NCBI GenBank assembly: GCA_964589735.1
Contig: CAZPUL010000002.1
Span: 8,176 to 72,175 of the forward strand
DNA from: an uncultured Verrucomicrobiota bacterium
GTDB taxonomy: Bacteria > Verrucomicrobiota > Verrucomicrobiia > Limisphaerales > JAEYXS01
Direction of reading: 5' to 3'
DNA: 64,000 nt
The position numbers and the translations under genes are program-made. Shown here one piece after another: positions 27,990 through 37,392 of the stretch (its first letter is position 1; every line of letters starts with the position of its first letter). The notes below the pieces were generated by a model, which searched no databases, was not told the origin of the DNA, and worked only from the letters and a program-made list of their open reading frames with translations.

Positions 27990-29678
27990 ATGAACCGCCG
28001 CCAGTTTCTTAAAGCCTCGGGCACCGTCACCGCAGGTGCGTTGCTCGCCGGTGAAGTCTGCCCGCTTTCCGCTAATCTCATCAGCCCAAAAGAACGTGAC
28101 GTCATCGTCTATTCTGGCGTGCCGTGCGGCATCGCGGCGGCCATCCATGCCGCGCGTGAGGGTGCCAGGGTTCTCCTTATCGAACCCACCAAACACCTCG
28201 GCGGCCTCAGCACCAGCGGTATCAACACGGCGGAAAGCGAGCACATGCTCAAGTGGACCATCGGCGGTTTTGCCGATGAGTTTTACCGTCGTTTGGGCAA
28301 GCATTACGAGGACACCAAGGACCAGCAAGCGAAGCTGAAAGAAGGAGACCGCCTAAACACGGCGTATTTCTTTGAGTCCAGTGTGGCGGAGAAGGTGTAT
28401 CTGGACATGCTGAATGAGGCGAAGATAGAGACGATGTACGGGGTGTGGGTGGAGAACGTAGAGAAGACGGGTGCCAAGATCACCACCATCAAACTCAGCA
28501 ATGGGCTCATTCTTTCTGCCAAAATTTTCATCGATGCCAGCTATGAAGGGGATCTGATGGCGCGGGCGGGGGTGAAGTATTCCATCGGCCGCGAAAGCAA
28601 AGCCGAGTTCGGCGAGGAAGCGGCGGGCATCCGTTTCGACAAGACGCCGCGCAAAGCCGCCACGGTGGATGCCCAAGGCAATCTGCTGCCCGGCATCAGT
28701 GCGTGGGCGAAAGACTTGAAGGAAGGCGATGCCCATCGCTCGCCGATGAACTACAATTTTCGCCTCTGCTTCGCCAAGGACAAGAACCTGCAAGTGCCCA
28801 TCCCCGCGCCGAAGCATTACGACCGCAAACGTTATCAATTGCTTGAGAACTGGTTCAATGAGAAGACCGCGAAGAAAGAGGCGGTGAAGCTCACGGACAT
28901 TCTCGACTTCTACGCCCGTCGCAATGGCAAGTATGAGGTGAACAACAAACAGGCGGCGATCTTTTCCATCGGCCATTTCGGCGGACAGTTCGAGTATTCC
29001 GATGCGGATTACGCGAAGCGCGAGCAGATCATCGAGGATCACTGGGATTACACCCTCGGCCTGCTGCACTTCCTCGCGAATGAAGCGAGTGTGCCCGAGA
29101 ATGTCCGTACGGAGATGAAGTCATGGGGCCTGCACAAAGACGAGTTCAAAGACAACGGCAATCTGCCGTATCAACTCTACGTGCGTGAGGCGCGTCGCAT
29201 GCGCGGTCAATACGTCGTCACGCAGATGGATGTGCAGGAAAACCGCCGCAAGCCGGACAGCATCGGCCTCAGCAGCCATTTCATCGACAGCCACCACGTG
29301 CAGCGCGTGGCCCTGTCACCCACGGAGTTCGTGAACGAAGGCCGCATCTGGCGCGTGAGTCGCGCATATCAGATGCCCTACCGCGCCTTTACGCCGAAGA
29401 AAGCCGAGTGCGAGAATCTCTTGGTGCCTGGGGCCGTTAGCTTCACCCATGTCGCCTTCTGCTCCTATCGCCTGGAAAGCGTATGGATGATCGCCGGACA
29501 TGCTTGCGGTGTGGCGGCGGCCATGGCGGCGAAAGCGAAGCAAACGGTGCATGAAGTAGATGTGCCGAAGTTGCAGGAGAAACTCCGTGCGCAGAAGCAA
29601 GTCGTCGATTTCATCCCCGGCCAGCCTGAGTTCTGGTATGACGTGAACAAGACGCCGAACGGACCGCCGGAGTTCTAG
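27990..29678 (+). CDS. Tat-exported FAD-dependent oxidoreductase (FAD_oxidored family)
   Basis: MNRRQFLKASGTVTAGALLAG is a twin-arginine signal. DVIVYSGVPCGIAAAIHAAREGARVLLIE..KHLGG is the dinucleotide-binding fold. Confidence 0.8.
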   Translation: MNRRQFLKASGTVTAGALLAGEVCPLSANLISPKERDVIVYSGVPCGIAAAIHAAREGARVLLIEPTKHLGGLSTSGINTAESEHMLKWTIGGFADEFYRRLGKHYEDTKDQQAKLKEGDRLNTAYFFESSVAEKVYLDMLNEAKIETMYGVWVENVEKTGAKITTIKLSNGLILSAKIFIDASYEGDLMARAGVKYSIGRESKAEFGEEAAGIRFDKTPRKAATVDAQGNLLPGISAWAKDLKEGDAHRSPMNYNFRLCFAKDKNLQVPIPAPKHYDRKRYQLLENWFNEKTAKKEAVKLTDILDFYARRNGKYEVNNKQAAIFSIGHFGGQFEYSDADYAKREQIIEDHWDYTLGLLHFLANEASVPENVRTEMKSWGLHKDEFKDNGNLPYQLYVREARRMRGQYVVTQMDVQENRRKPDSIGLSSHFIDSHHVQRVALSPTEFVNEGRIWRVSRAYQMPYRAFTPKKAECENLLVPGAVSFTHVAFCSYRLESVWMIAGHACGVAAAMAAKAKQTVHEVDVPKLQEKLRAQKQVVDFIPGQPEFWYDVNKTPNGPPEF

Positions 29679-29782
29679 AGCAGGTCCTGCACTTTGTCGG
29701 AGCGTGGGTGTCTTGCTCGCAGCGTGGTTCGCTTGCCAGTGGATTGGCCGGAGGACTGAACGGGACTGAACTAAGGGAAGTT

Positions 29783-29857
29783 CTTTGCGGGTTATTATTG
29801 CGAGGCTGGCCTGACTTTGCTTAGGGACGTTGCTGCCGACGAGACGTCGGCGCTCCA
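29783..29857 (+). repeat. Repeat family Y (TTTGCG...GGCCTGA..GCT[CT]AGGG..TTGCTGCCGRCGAGACGYCGGCGCTCC), copy 1
   Basis: Copies lie at 29783-29857, 46771-46835, and 48047-48079 plus 48261-48295. The hairpin is GCCGACG-aga-CGTCGGC. Confidence 0.7.
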
Positions 29858-30031
29858 CTCGATAGCAACCGCTTTAAGGTCAAGACCGGCACCTTGCAAT
29901 TTGCCAGCTTTTCGCGAAAAGCCTGATTTTAGAGCCGAAATACCGCTTGCCCGCAACAAGGGAGCGTGGCTGAATCAAGGTGTTGGATAACAAGTGATAT
30001 ACTTGTCAACCCATCCAATATTTCCAGCCTT

Positions 30032-31660
30032 ATGAAAATTCGGTCGTCGTTCATCCGGGGCCTGTGGCTGTTCGCACTGGCGTTATCCTCCTTCTCCACC
30101 TTGCCGGAGGCTCTGGCCCAAGGCACCACCGCCTTCACTTATCAGGGACAGTTGCGTGATGGCGGCACCAACGCCAATGGCAATTACTCGATGGTGTTCA
30201 AATTGCACGATGCCTTGACCAGCGGCAACCAGGTGGGGCCGACGGTGACCTTGGCGAGCCAGTTCATCACGAACGGGCAATTCAACGCCTCATTGGATTT
30301 TGGTGCGGTCTTTGAGGGTTCGGCGCGCTGGCTGGAGATCTCCGTGGAAGGAAATCTGCTGACGCCGCGCACGCCGGTAGCTCCCACGCCGTATTCGTTG
30401 TATTCCGCTAAAGCTGGTAGCGTGTCCAATCCGACATTTCTAGGGACAACGGGAAACACGCCGTTGGAGCTGTACGTGAACAATACGCGGGCCTTGCGGC
30501 TGGAACCGGCAACGGGAAGCCCAAATCTCATCGGTGGCTATTCTGGAAACGTGGTGAGCAATGGTTTCATTGGAGCTGTCATCGCAGGTGGTGGCGCAGC
30601 CACTAATCCTGAGAATGGAGACCCGGTGCAAAACATCATCGGAGCTAACTTCGCTTTCATCGGTAGTGGCGCGCGCAATCTCATCACTGGCGAAGGTGGC
30701 GTGATCGGAGGCGGGTTCTACAACACAGTTACCAATGGCACCGGAGTGATCGCGGGTGGAGATGGAAACCTGGTCGGCGGCAGCCAGGCATTCATCGGTG
30801 CAGGTTCTGAGAATGTGGCCACGGGTCATAATTCCGTAGTGGCTGGTGGTTCAGGCAATCGGGCCACGGGTGGTAACGCGTTTATCGGTGGCGGCCAGGA
30901 CAATGTGGCGGGCACAAGCTCGTTTTCAGTAGTGGCCGGTGGCAAGAGTAACACGGCTAGCGGCAATCAATCCATCGTGGGTGGCGGCGATGGCAATACC
31001 GCCAGTGGTGATTACTCTGTGGTGATCGGCGGACTCAATAACACCGCGAGCGCCAATTTCTGTTTCGCTGGCGGCACGAGCGCTAATGCCACCCATCAAG
31101 GCAGCTTTGTCTGGTCTTCGGACGGCTCCAGCTCATTCAGTTCGGCTGCTATCGGCGAGTTTGCCGTGCGCGCTGCTGGTGGCTTCCGGTTCGTTTGCGG
31201 ACCTAACTCCATCGCCATGCTGAATAACACCGTTACCATAGGCAACGGTGACTTTCGCGTTCCCGCCGGCGGTGCTTCATTCCGTGACCCGATCACTGCC
31301 GCAGCCTTCAACACGACCAGCGACCGCAATGCGAAGCAGGATTTCGCCGAGGTGAACGGGCGCGAGGTGCTGGCCAAGGTCCTGGCCTTGCCGATCCAGA
31401 CCTGGGCTTTCAAGCAGGACACGGCCATTCGTCATATCGGACCGATGGCGCAAGATTTCCGTTCGGCTTTCGGCCTCGGAGTTGATGAAAAACACATCGC
31501 CACGGTGGATGCCGACGGGGTGGCGCTGGCGGCGATACAGGGGTTGAACGAAGTGGTGAAGGAGAAGGATGCAGAGATCGCGTCGCTCAAGCAGCGGCTG
31601 GAGAGCCTGGAGAAAGCGGTATCAACGCTGGTGCAAACAAAGAACGGAGGCGCCCGATGA
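30032..31660 (+). CDS. Tail-fibre-like secreted protein with Gly-rich beta-roll repeats and C-terminal peptidase S74 intramolecular chaperone domain
   Basis: Signal peptide. The N-terminal motif FTYQGQL.DGG..ANG.Y is present. There are about 14-aa repeats of the form G..N.A.G..S.V.GG. The SDRNAK Ser/Lys dyad motif is at 31319-31336, followed by HIGPMAQDF and a coiled-coil tail. Confidence 0.85.
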   Translation: MKIRSSFIRGLWLFALALSSFSTLPEALAQGTTAFTYQGQLRDGGTNANGNYSMVFKLHDALTSGNQVGPTVTLASQFITNGQFNASLDFGAVFEGSARWLEISVEGNLLTPRTPVAPTPYSLYSAKAGSVSNPTFLGTTGNTPLELYVNNTRALRLEPATGSPNLIGGYSGNVVSNGFIGAVIAGGGAATNPENGDPVQNIIGANFAFIGSGARNLITGEGGVIGGGFYNTVTNGTGVIAGGDGNLVGGSQAFIGAGSENVATGHNSVVAGGSGNRATGGNAFIGGGQDNVAGTSSFSVVAGGKSNTASGNQSIVGGGDGNTASGDYSVVIGGLNNTASANFCFAGGTSANATHQGSFVWSSDGSSSFSSAAIGEFAVRAAGGFRFVCGPNSIAMLNNTVTIGNGDFRVPAGGASFRDPITAAAFNTTSDRNAKQDFAEVNGREVLAKVLALPIQTWAFKQDTAIRHIGPMAQDFRSAFGLGVDEKHIATVDADGVALAAIQGLNEVVKEKDAEIASLKQRLESLEKAVSTLVQTKNGGAR

Positions 31661-32094
31661 AACGCATTCTCTTGTTCGCGGGCTTGATGTTGTGCGCGCT
31701 GAGTGCGCAGGCGCAGAGCGGCGGGCGTTTCACCATGGTGCGGAGTGTGATCGCCGGCGGGGCCATCACCGGCAGCACGGGTGGCACGTACAGCCTGAAC
31801 GGCACGGTGGGACAACCGGGGGCGGCGGTGCTGACGGAGACGCGGTTCGTGGTGAGCGTGGGGTACTGGATCACGCCGCCGTTGCTGGTGTTCGCGCCGA
31901 AGAAGGTGGGCAATGATTTCAGCATCTCGTTCGAGACGGAGCCGGGGCAGAGCTACATCGTGGAATACACGGACTCGCTGACGGAGCCGAACTGGCAGGT
32001 GCTGCCGACGCAGACCGGTGACGGCACGGTGAAGTCGGTGACGGATTCTGCGCCGGGGGTGCCGAACCGATATTACCGGGTGAGGCAGCCGTAG
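31657..32094 (+). CDS. Small secreted protein translationally coupled to the tail-fibre-like gene
   Basis: ATGA start/stop overlap. Signal peptide MKRILLFAGLMLCALSAQA. 145 aa. Confidence 0.7.
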   Translation: MKRILLFAGLMLCALSAQAQSGGRFTMVRSVIAGGAITGSTGGTYSLNGTVGQPGAAVLTETRFVVSVGYWITPPLLVFAPKKVGNDFSISFETEPGQSYIVEYTDSLTEPNWQVLPTQTGDGTVKSVTDSAPGVPNRYYRVRQP

Positions 32095-32104
32095 GCAGGG
32101 AGGT

Positions 32105-32284
32105 TAGAGCGGTTTAAAAAATACTGTGGCCGATTGTCTGGGGAGCGGAGCGAGCGGTCTTTTTGGGTCAGGGCGTCGTTTCGGCTCAGTCACAGGGTCG
32201 TTTGGAACCTGCTCCTTCGCCAAAGCCTCGCCCTGACCCAAAAATCCTCGCCCCAATCGGCCACAGTATTTTTAAAACGCTCTA
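32105..32284. mobile_element. MITE-like palindromic element, copy 1 (TA flanks included)
   Basis: TA-GAGCGGTTTAAAAAAT...ATTTTTAAAACGCTC-TA. The element folds into a long imperfect hairpin. A second copy lies at 48080-48260. Confidence 0.7.
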
Positions 32285-32298
32285 AATCGTTAAAAGGT

Positions 32299-32331
32299 GA
32301 AGCGTTGAAACGAGTTTCGTTTCAACGCTTC
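32299..32331. terminator. Perfect 14-bp hairpin downstream of the MBL-fold gene
   Basis: GAAGCGTTGAAACG-agttt-CGTTTCAACGCTTC, followed by TTTT on the - strand. It is part of repeat family R7. Confidence 0.6.
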
Positions 32332-32355
32332 TCGCTTTCAGATATTTACGGCAAC

Positions 32356-33426
32356 TCACTTCGCCTTGGTCTGGAAGGTCTGTTTGTGGCTGCTGGCGGG
32401 GATGCTGATGGTGTAGCTCTTGCCATCGGGAGCCACGGACATCTTGAGGTAGTTCGCCTCGCACTTCTCGTCGTGGTTGGCGATGTGCTCCTTCACTGTG
32501 TTGTTCACGTTGCCATCGGGGCGAAGATTCTGGTGCACCTGGTACATCGCCTTGATGGAAGGCGTGGACTTCAGCGTGCCGAAGGTCTGCGGGCCGCAGC
32601 CCTTGGTGGTGCCGTTGTTCATCACGGAGACGGTGGGTGACAGGCTTTTGATAAGGAGCGGGTTGTTGCTCACGTCGAGGCCGTGATGGTTCACCTGATA
32701 GACGTCCACGGTGCCGGCGAGGTTGATGGGGCAGACGAGTTCGCCTTCCACATTCCACGAGAGGTCGCCGCCATTGAAGAAGCGGAACGAGCCGAACTCG
32801 ATGAGTGTCACCACACTGTTCGCGTTGTCGCTCTTGTCTTTTTCCTTGAGCGTGATGCCTTCGCACTGGGCATTGGCACCGGCGGGTTTCTTGCTGGTGA
32901 AGACTTGATGGGCTGCGAGGCATTTCACGTTCAGATTCGCCACGGAAGCATCGGCACTGGCTTTGAAGGGGATGGTGTCATCCGGGCGGATGACTTTGCG
33001 TTCTGCTTTGATGTCCTTGTAGGGCTTGATCATCAGGGGGAAACGGGTGTCGCGCGGGTTGTTGTCCGGATTGGTCTCGGGCACGCCTTTATCCCAGATG
33101 GTGCCGATGGGGATCTGTTGCGCGACCTCGGCCGCACCGCCGAAGTGGTCGATGTGGAAATGGGTGGTGAGGAGGTTGTCGATGCGTTGCAAACCGGCGA
33201 CTTCCTTGGCGACTTTCACGATGCGCGCGGAGTCGCGGCCACCGGGATTGCCGCTGTCGATGAGCAAGGACTCACCGGCGGGCGTGACGATGAGGGTGGA
33301 ACCGCCGCCTTCGGAATCGATCCAATAGACATCGAGCGTCTTGTCCGCGAGACCGGCGTAAGTGGTGCAAACAGCGGATGCAGACAGGAGCAGGGAAAGC
33401 GTGAGCGATTTCGTGTGATGGTGCAT
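32356..33426 (-). CDS. Secreted MBL-fold metallo-hydrolase (ComEC C-terminal-like lactamase_B domain)
   Basis: Signal peptide. The motifs LLIDSG and [12 protein letters not shown] (HxHxDH) match. The later VNHHG motif is present. Confidence 0.8.
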   Translation of the reverse strand: MHHHTKSLTLSLLLSASAVCTTYAGLADKTLDVYWIDSEGGGSTLIVTPAGESLLIDSGNPGGRDSARIVKVAKEVAGLQRIDNLLTTHFHIDHFGGAAEVAQQIPIGTIWDKGVPETNPDNNPRDTRFPLMIKPYKDIKAERKVIRPDDTIPFKASADASVANLNVKCLAAHQVFTSKKPAGANAQCEGITLKEKDKSDNANSVVTLIEFGSFRFFNGGDLSWNVEGELVCPINLAGTVDVYQVNHHGLDVSNNPLLIKSLSPTVSVMNNGTTKGCGPQTFGTLKSTPSIKAMYQVHQNLRPDGNVNNTVKEHIANHDEKCEANYLKMSVAPDGKSYTISIPASSHKQTFQTKAK

Positions 33427-33545
33427 GAGAGGATTAAAGCGGGGCTGGGGAAGGGTTTCAACCACAGAGAGCACGGAGGGCACAGAGAGGGAATGGAGGG
33501 GGATGGTGGGGAGCATTTAAAAAATTGTAACGCAAGGCACGCTCA

Positions 33546-33585
33546 CTCCTCACCCCGGCCCTCTCCTCATTAGAGGAGAGGGAGA
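33546..33585. repeat. Repeat family R4 (CTCACCCCGRCCCTCTCC-loop-GGAGAGGGAG hairpin), copy 1
   Basis: CCCTCTCCTC-atta-GAGGAGAGGG. Other copies lie at 35228-35270 and 44726-44762. Confidence 0.7.
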
Positions 33586-33636
33586 ACATTTGGCTTCACA
33601 AGTGCAGTTCGCGGATTCGGGTTGGCGGGTGTTTTG

Positions 33637-34848
33637 TTACGCTTTCAGCTTGAGCGGATGCGCGCGGTCTTTTAGGGGGAGGCTTATGCGGCGTTGGGCG
33701 AGGGCGGCCTGGTAAACGGCCATGACCATTTCCACGGCTTTCATGCCGTCGTAGCCGCTGCACGCGGGTTCGCTGCCATTGCGGGCGGCAGTGATGAGGC
33801 TGTCGAGCAACTGGCGATTGCCCGCAGTGGTGTTGCGCTGGCTATCGGGCACGCTGGTGGTGGGATCGCCGGGCACGGGTTCCCACGCTTCCGTCTGGCC
33901 TTTATCGGTCCAAGTGCCGGGTTTGCGGAGGAAGATGCGCGGCGGGATGTTCGCCTGGATCTTCACCACGCCTTTGCTGCCGATGAGTTCGAGGCCCCAA
34001 TTGCCGGCGACGGTGGAATAAGCCTGGCGGGAGATGAAGGTGGCGTTCACGCCTTTCGCGAAACCGAACTGCGCGTAGATGTCTTCGCCCGCGACCAAGC
34101 CGATGCCTTCGGTGGCTTTGCGGCCATCGTTCGCCGTGATGTCGCGGCCTTGGGTGAGGACGCGGGCGGTGCACCACTGGGCATCGCCGGCGAAGAGGCG
34201 CATGAGGTCGAAGAGATGAACGCCGAGCACGAGCATGTCCTCACCACCGGCGCGCTTGTCCTGCTTGCCGTTCGCGCGGATCTCGATGAGGTCGCCGATG
34301 AGACCTTTCTCCAGTTGCGCTTTCAGGAAGACGATGTTATGCGCCACATGCATCTGGTGGGCGACGGCGATCTTGCTGCCGGATTTCTTCGCGGCGGCCA
34401 GAATGGCATCGGCTTCTGCGAGGTCTGTGGTGAAAGGTTTCTCGGAATAGATGTGCGCGCCGACGCTGATGGCGGCGAGGGCCATGGCCTTATGTTCCAA
34501 GGTCCAGCGGGTGGCGATGCTGACGAGGTCGGGCTGTTCCACGGCGAGCATCTCGTGGTAGCTGGCGTAGGCCTTGGGGGCTTTGAGTTTGGCCTGAGTT
34601 TTGGCGAGGCCGTCGGCATCGGCATCCGCGACGGCGACGAGTTCCACCTCGGGGTGATTGGTCATCACCACGTCCATGCCGTGGCCGTAATTGCCTTGGC
34701 CGGTGTGACCTATGACCACGGCACGGAGCTTGCCGGTGGCGCGTTTGGTAAGGAGCGGGGCGGCGGTCTGGCAACCGGTGAGCAGGGCAGTGCCCGCGGT
34801 GGCAAGGGCGGCTTGGGCGAGGAACTGGCGGCGGGAAAGGGGGTTCAT
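33637..34848 (-). CDS. Tat-exported Gfo/Idh/MocA family oxidoreductase
   Basis: MNPLSRRQFLAQAALATAG is a twin-arginine signal. LRAVVIGHTGQGNYGH is the Rossmann region. The EKP motif YSEKPF is present. Confidence 0.85.
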   Translation of the reverse strand: MNPLSRRQFLAQAALATAGTALLTGCQTAAPLLTKRATGKLRAVVIGHTGQGNYGHGMDVVMTNHPEVELVAVADADADGLAKTQAKLKAPKAYASYHEMLAVEQPDLVSIATRWTLEHKAMALAAISVGAHIYSEKPFTTDLAEADAILAAAKKSGSKIAVAHQMHVAHNIVFLKAQLEKGLIGDLIEIRANGKQDKRAGGEDMLVLGVHLFDLMRLFAGDAQWCTARVLTQGRDITANDGRKATEGIGLVAGEDIYAQFGFAKGVNATFISRQAYSTVAGNWGLELIGSKGVVKIQANIPPRIFLRKPGTWTDKGQTEAWEPVPGDPTTSVPDSQRNTTAGNRQLLDSLITAARNGSEPACSGYDGMKAVEMVMAVYQAALAQRRISLPLKDRAHPLKLKA

Positions 34849-34943
34849 GGGCGTAAAATTCACGGTATTCAAGTGCTGGAAATTCCTGCAAATATGCCTT
34901 GCCAAACGGGGTGTCGCCAAGTTGAATTGCGGCCCTTCGCTGT

Positions 34944-35016
<73 letters not shown>

Positions 35017-35227
35017 CCACTTTCCTTTCGGAACTTAAATACACAAACAGCAGCCAGCCACATCTGTCTGCGTTGACAGCTTGCGCGGGCACGCTAGCGT
35101 TCAAGCGTCGGGGGCGGAAACTATCACCGGCTAGCTAGCGAATGAGCGAAAAGGCTCTGAAATGCCGGCGGAGCTGCTCAGCAGCCCAAACCCGACACTC
35201 TCTTTTTGGGAAGTTGCGAGCGTATGC

Positions 35228-35270
35228 CTCCTCTCCCTAGCCCTCTCCTCCGACGCCGGAGGAGAGGGAA
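35228..35270. repeat. Repeat family R4, copy 2
   Basis: The hairpin is CCCTCTCCTCCG-acg-CCGGAGGAGAGGG. Confidence 0.65.
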
Positions 35271-35344
35271 ATGGGCGCTTGAATGCTTTGGGCTGAAGGT
35301 CAGCCGTTTGCTCAAGCGAAGAATGACCTTACTAATGGCTTTTT

Positions 35345-35896
35345 GTGGCTGTGACGCGTTCACCCAAATCAAATGTAGAAGTGATGATCCTTGCTGGTGG
35401 CCTGAGCACGCGCATGGGGACAGACAAGGCGCGGGTGCGGCTGGGGCGACGGACGTTGCTGGGGCATGTGAAGCTGGCGGCGGAAGCGACGGGTTGGCGA
35501 GTGCGGGTGGTGCGGGAGGATTTGGTTGAGCGGTGCGGGCCGTTGGGCGGAGTGTTAACGGGAATGCTAACAAGTCGCGCGGAGGCGGTGGTGTTTCTTT
35601 CGTGTGATATGCCGTTCGTCGCGGCGAGGTGGTTGAAGAAGCTGGTGAAGGAGCTGCGTCGCAGCGGGGCTCAGGCGGTGTTCACGCAGCAGGGGAGGTT
35701 CGTGGGGTTTCCTTTCGTGCTGTCGAAGGAGTGTCTGGGGGTGGTGGAGGGGCAACGGGTGAGGGGGGAGTTTTCGTTGCAGGGGTTGGCGAAGGTGCTC
35801 AAGGCGGAGCGGGTGGTGGTGGCGGAGAAAGAGGCGTGGCGGTTCATGAATGTGAATACGCCGGAGGCGTTGGAGGAGGCGAGGGGGCGGATGTGA
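35345..35896 (+). CDS. mobA: Molybdenum cofactor guanylyltransferase
   Basis: The motifs ILAGGLSTRMG.DK and LSCDMPF match. The start is ambiguous (GTG 35345, GTG 35381 or ATG 35384). Confidence 0.75.
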   Translation: MAVTRSPKSNVEVMILAGGLSTRMGTDKARVRLGRRTLLGHVKLAAEATGWRVRVVREDLVERCGPLGGVLTGMLTSRAEAVVFLSCDMPFVAARWLKKLVKELRRSGAQAVFTQQGRFVGFPFVLSKECLGVVEGQRVRGEFSLQGLAKVLKAERVVVAEKEAWRFMNVNTPEALEEARGRM

Positions 35897-36077
35897 ACCA
35901 CGGAGACACGGAGGACGCGGAGTTTTGACAGGATGAACAAGATTAACAGGATGCGGGGCGTAATGCGTGATGCAGGGCTGCTGCAATTTGGTTGTGCAGG
36001 TGCTTCGGCGGCGGCCGGCTGAGGACAGCCAGCCCTACCTTGTTGTGTTGCCAGATCTTATGTGGCAGGGTTTGGTC

Positions 36078-37235
36078 ATGCCCATGATTCGTTTCGCTGC
36101 GTTTTTTGGTTTTCTTTTGGTGCTCTCGGCTTCTTTGAACGCGGCGGAGAGCGTGCGGGTGGTGAAGAATCGGCAGGAGTTGTTGGAGGCGGTGCGTTCG
36201 CTTAAGCCGGGGATGACGTTGAAATTGGCGCCGGGGGAGTATGGGTTTGGGTATGCGGTGGAGAAGGCGCGAGGGACGAAGGAGGCGCCGATCGTCATCG
36301 AGGGGGCGAATCCGGCGCAGCCGCCGAAGTTCACGGGTGGGAATCTGGCGATCCATTTTCGCGGGTGCTCGTATCTGACGGTGCGGCATATCGCGGTGTC
36401 GGGACAGAAGGGGAACGGGTTGAACTTCGATGATGGCGGGGAGTCTTCACAGCAGATCACGATCGAGAATGTTTCGGTATCGGACATCGGGCCGACGGGG
36501 AACAATGACGGGATCAAGCTTTCGGGCGTGGATGATTTCACGATCCGGAATTGTCGCATCAACGGTTGGGCGGGGCAGGCGATCGACATGGTGGGGTGTC
36601 ATCGCGGGTTGATCGAGAAGTGTGTGTTCGAGGGGAAGGCGGGTTTTTCGCAGGCGACGGGGCCGCAGACGAAGGGCGGCTCGGAGGATATCACGGTGCG
36701 CGGTTGCACATTCATCAATGCGGGACAGCGGCCGATGCATTTGGGCGGTTCGACGGGGCGGCCTTATTTCCGGCCGAAGGATGCGAAGTATGAAGCGCGG
36801 CGGATCACGGTGGAGGGGAACTTGTTCATCGGCGGGATGGCGCCCATCGTGTTCACGGGCGTGGAGGATGGCGTGGTGCGGTATAACACGATCGTGAATC
36901 CGGAGACGTGGGTGTTCCGCATCTTGCAGGAGAATAACGAGCCGGGGATGGTGCCGTGCTCAAAAGGGGTGTTTGAGAAGAACATCATCGTGTGTGAGAA
37001 GAATCCGGTGCGGGCGTGGATGAACATCGGCGGGAACACGCAGGCGGGCACGTTCAAGTTTGCGGAGAACTGGTGGTATCACAAGGCGTCGTCGCAACCG
37101 GTGAAGCCAGCGTTGCCGTCAGCGGAACAGGGCGGGACGTATGGGGTGGATCCGCAGTTGGAGGCGGGGAATGGGTACAGGCCGAGGGTGGCGGGGGCGA
37201 TGAAGGTGGGTCACACAGCGTGGAAGAAGGATTAA
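36078..37235 (+). CDS. Secreted right-handed parallel beta-helix repeat protein
   Basis: Signal peptide MPMIRFAAFFGFLLVLSASLNA. Repeated NxxxxNC / G..G turns are present (ITIENVSVSD, FTIRNCRINGW, ITVRGCTFIN). Confidence 0.75.
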   Translation: MPMIRFAAFFGFLLVLSASLNAAESVRVVKNRQELLEAVRSLKPGMTLKLAPGEYGFGYAVEKARGTKEAPIVIEGANPAQPPKFTGGNLAIHFRGCSYLTVRHIAVSGQKGNGLNFDDGGESSQQITIENVSVSDIGPTGNNDGIKLSGVDDFTIRNCRINGWAGQAIDMVGCHRGLIEKCVFEGKAGFSQATGPQTKGGSEDITVRGCTFINAGQRPMHLGGSTGRPYFRPKDAKYEARRITVEGNLFIGGMAPIVFTGVEDGVVRYNTIVNPETWVFRILQENNEPGMVPCSKGVFEKNIIVCEKNPVRAWMNIGGNTQAGTFKFAENWWYHKASSQPVKPALPSAEQGGTYGVDPQLEAGNGYRPRVAGAMKVGHTAWKKD

Positions 37236-37392
37236 CCACGGAGGCACGGAGGGCGCGGAGTGGGGTAATATTTAGCCACGGATGGAACACGGATCAAACA
37301 CAGAGGGGGAAACGAGCTCAACAGTTGCATGGCCGAAGATTTCAAACAGCGAGTCATGAGTCGGGAAACATCGAAGCCGGTCACACATCAGG

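Noticed and set aside
32134-32640. A 168-aa plus-strand ORF starting inside the MITE-like element.
   Set aside because: It begins within the repeat, runs antisense into the MBL-fold gene, and has no coding features.
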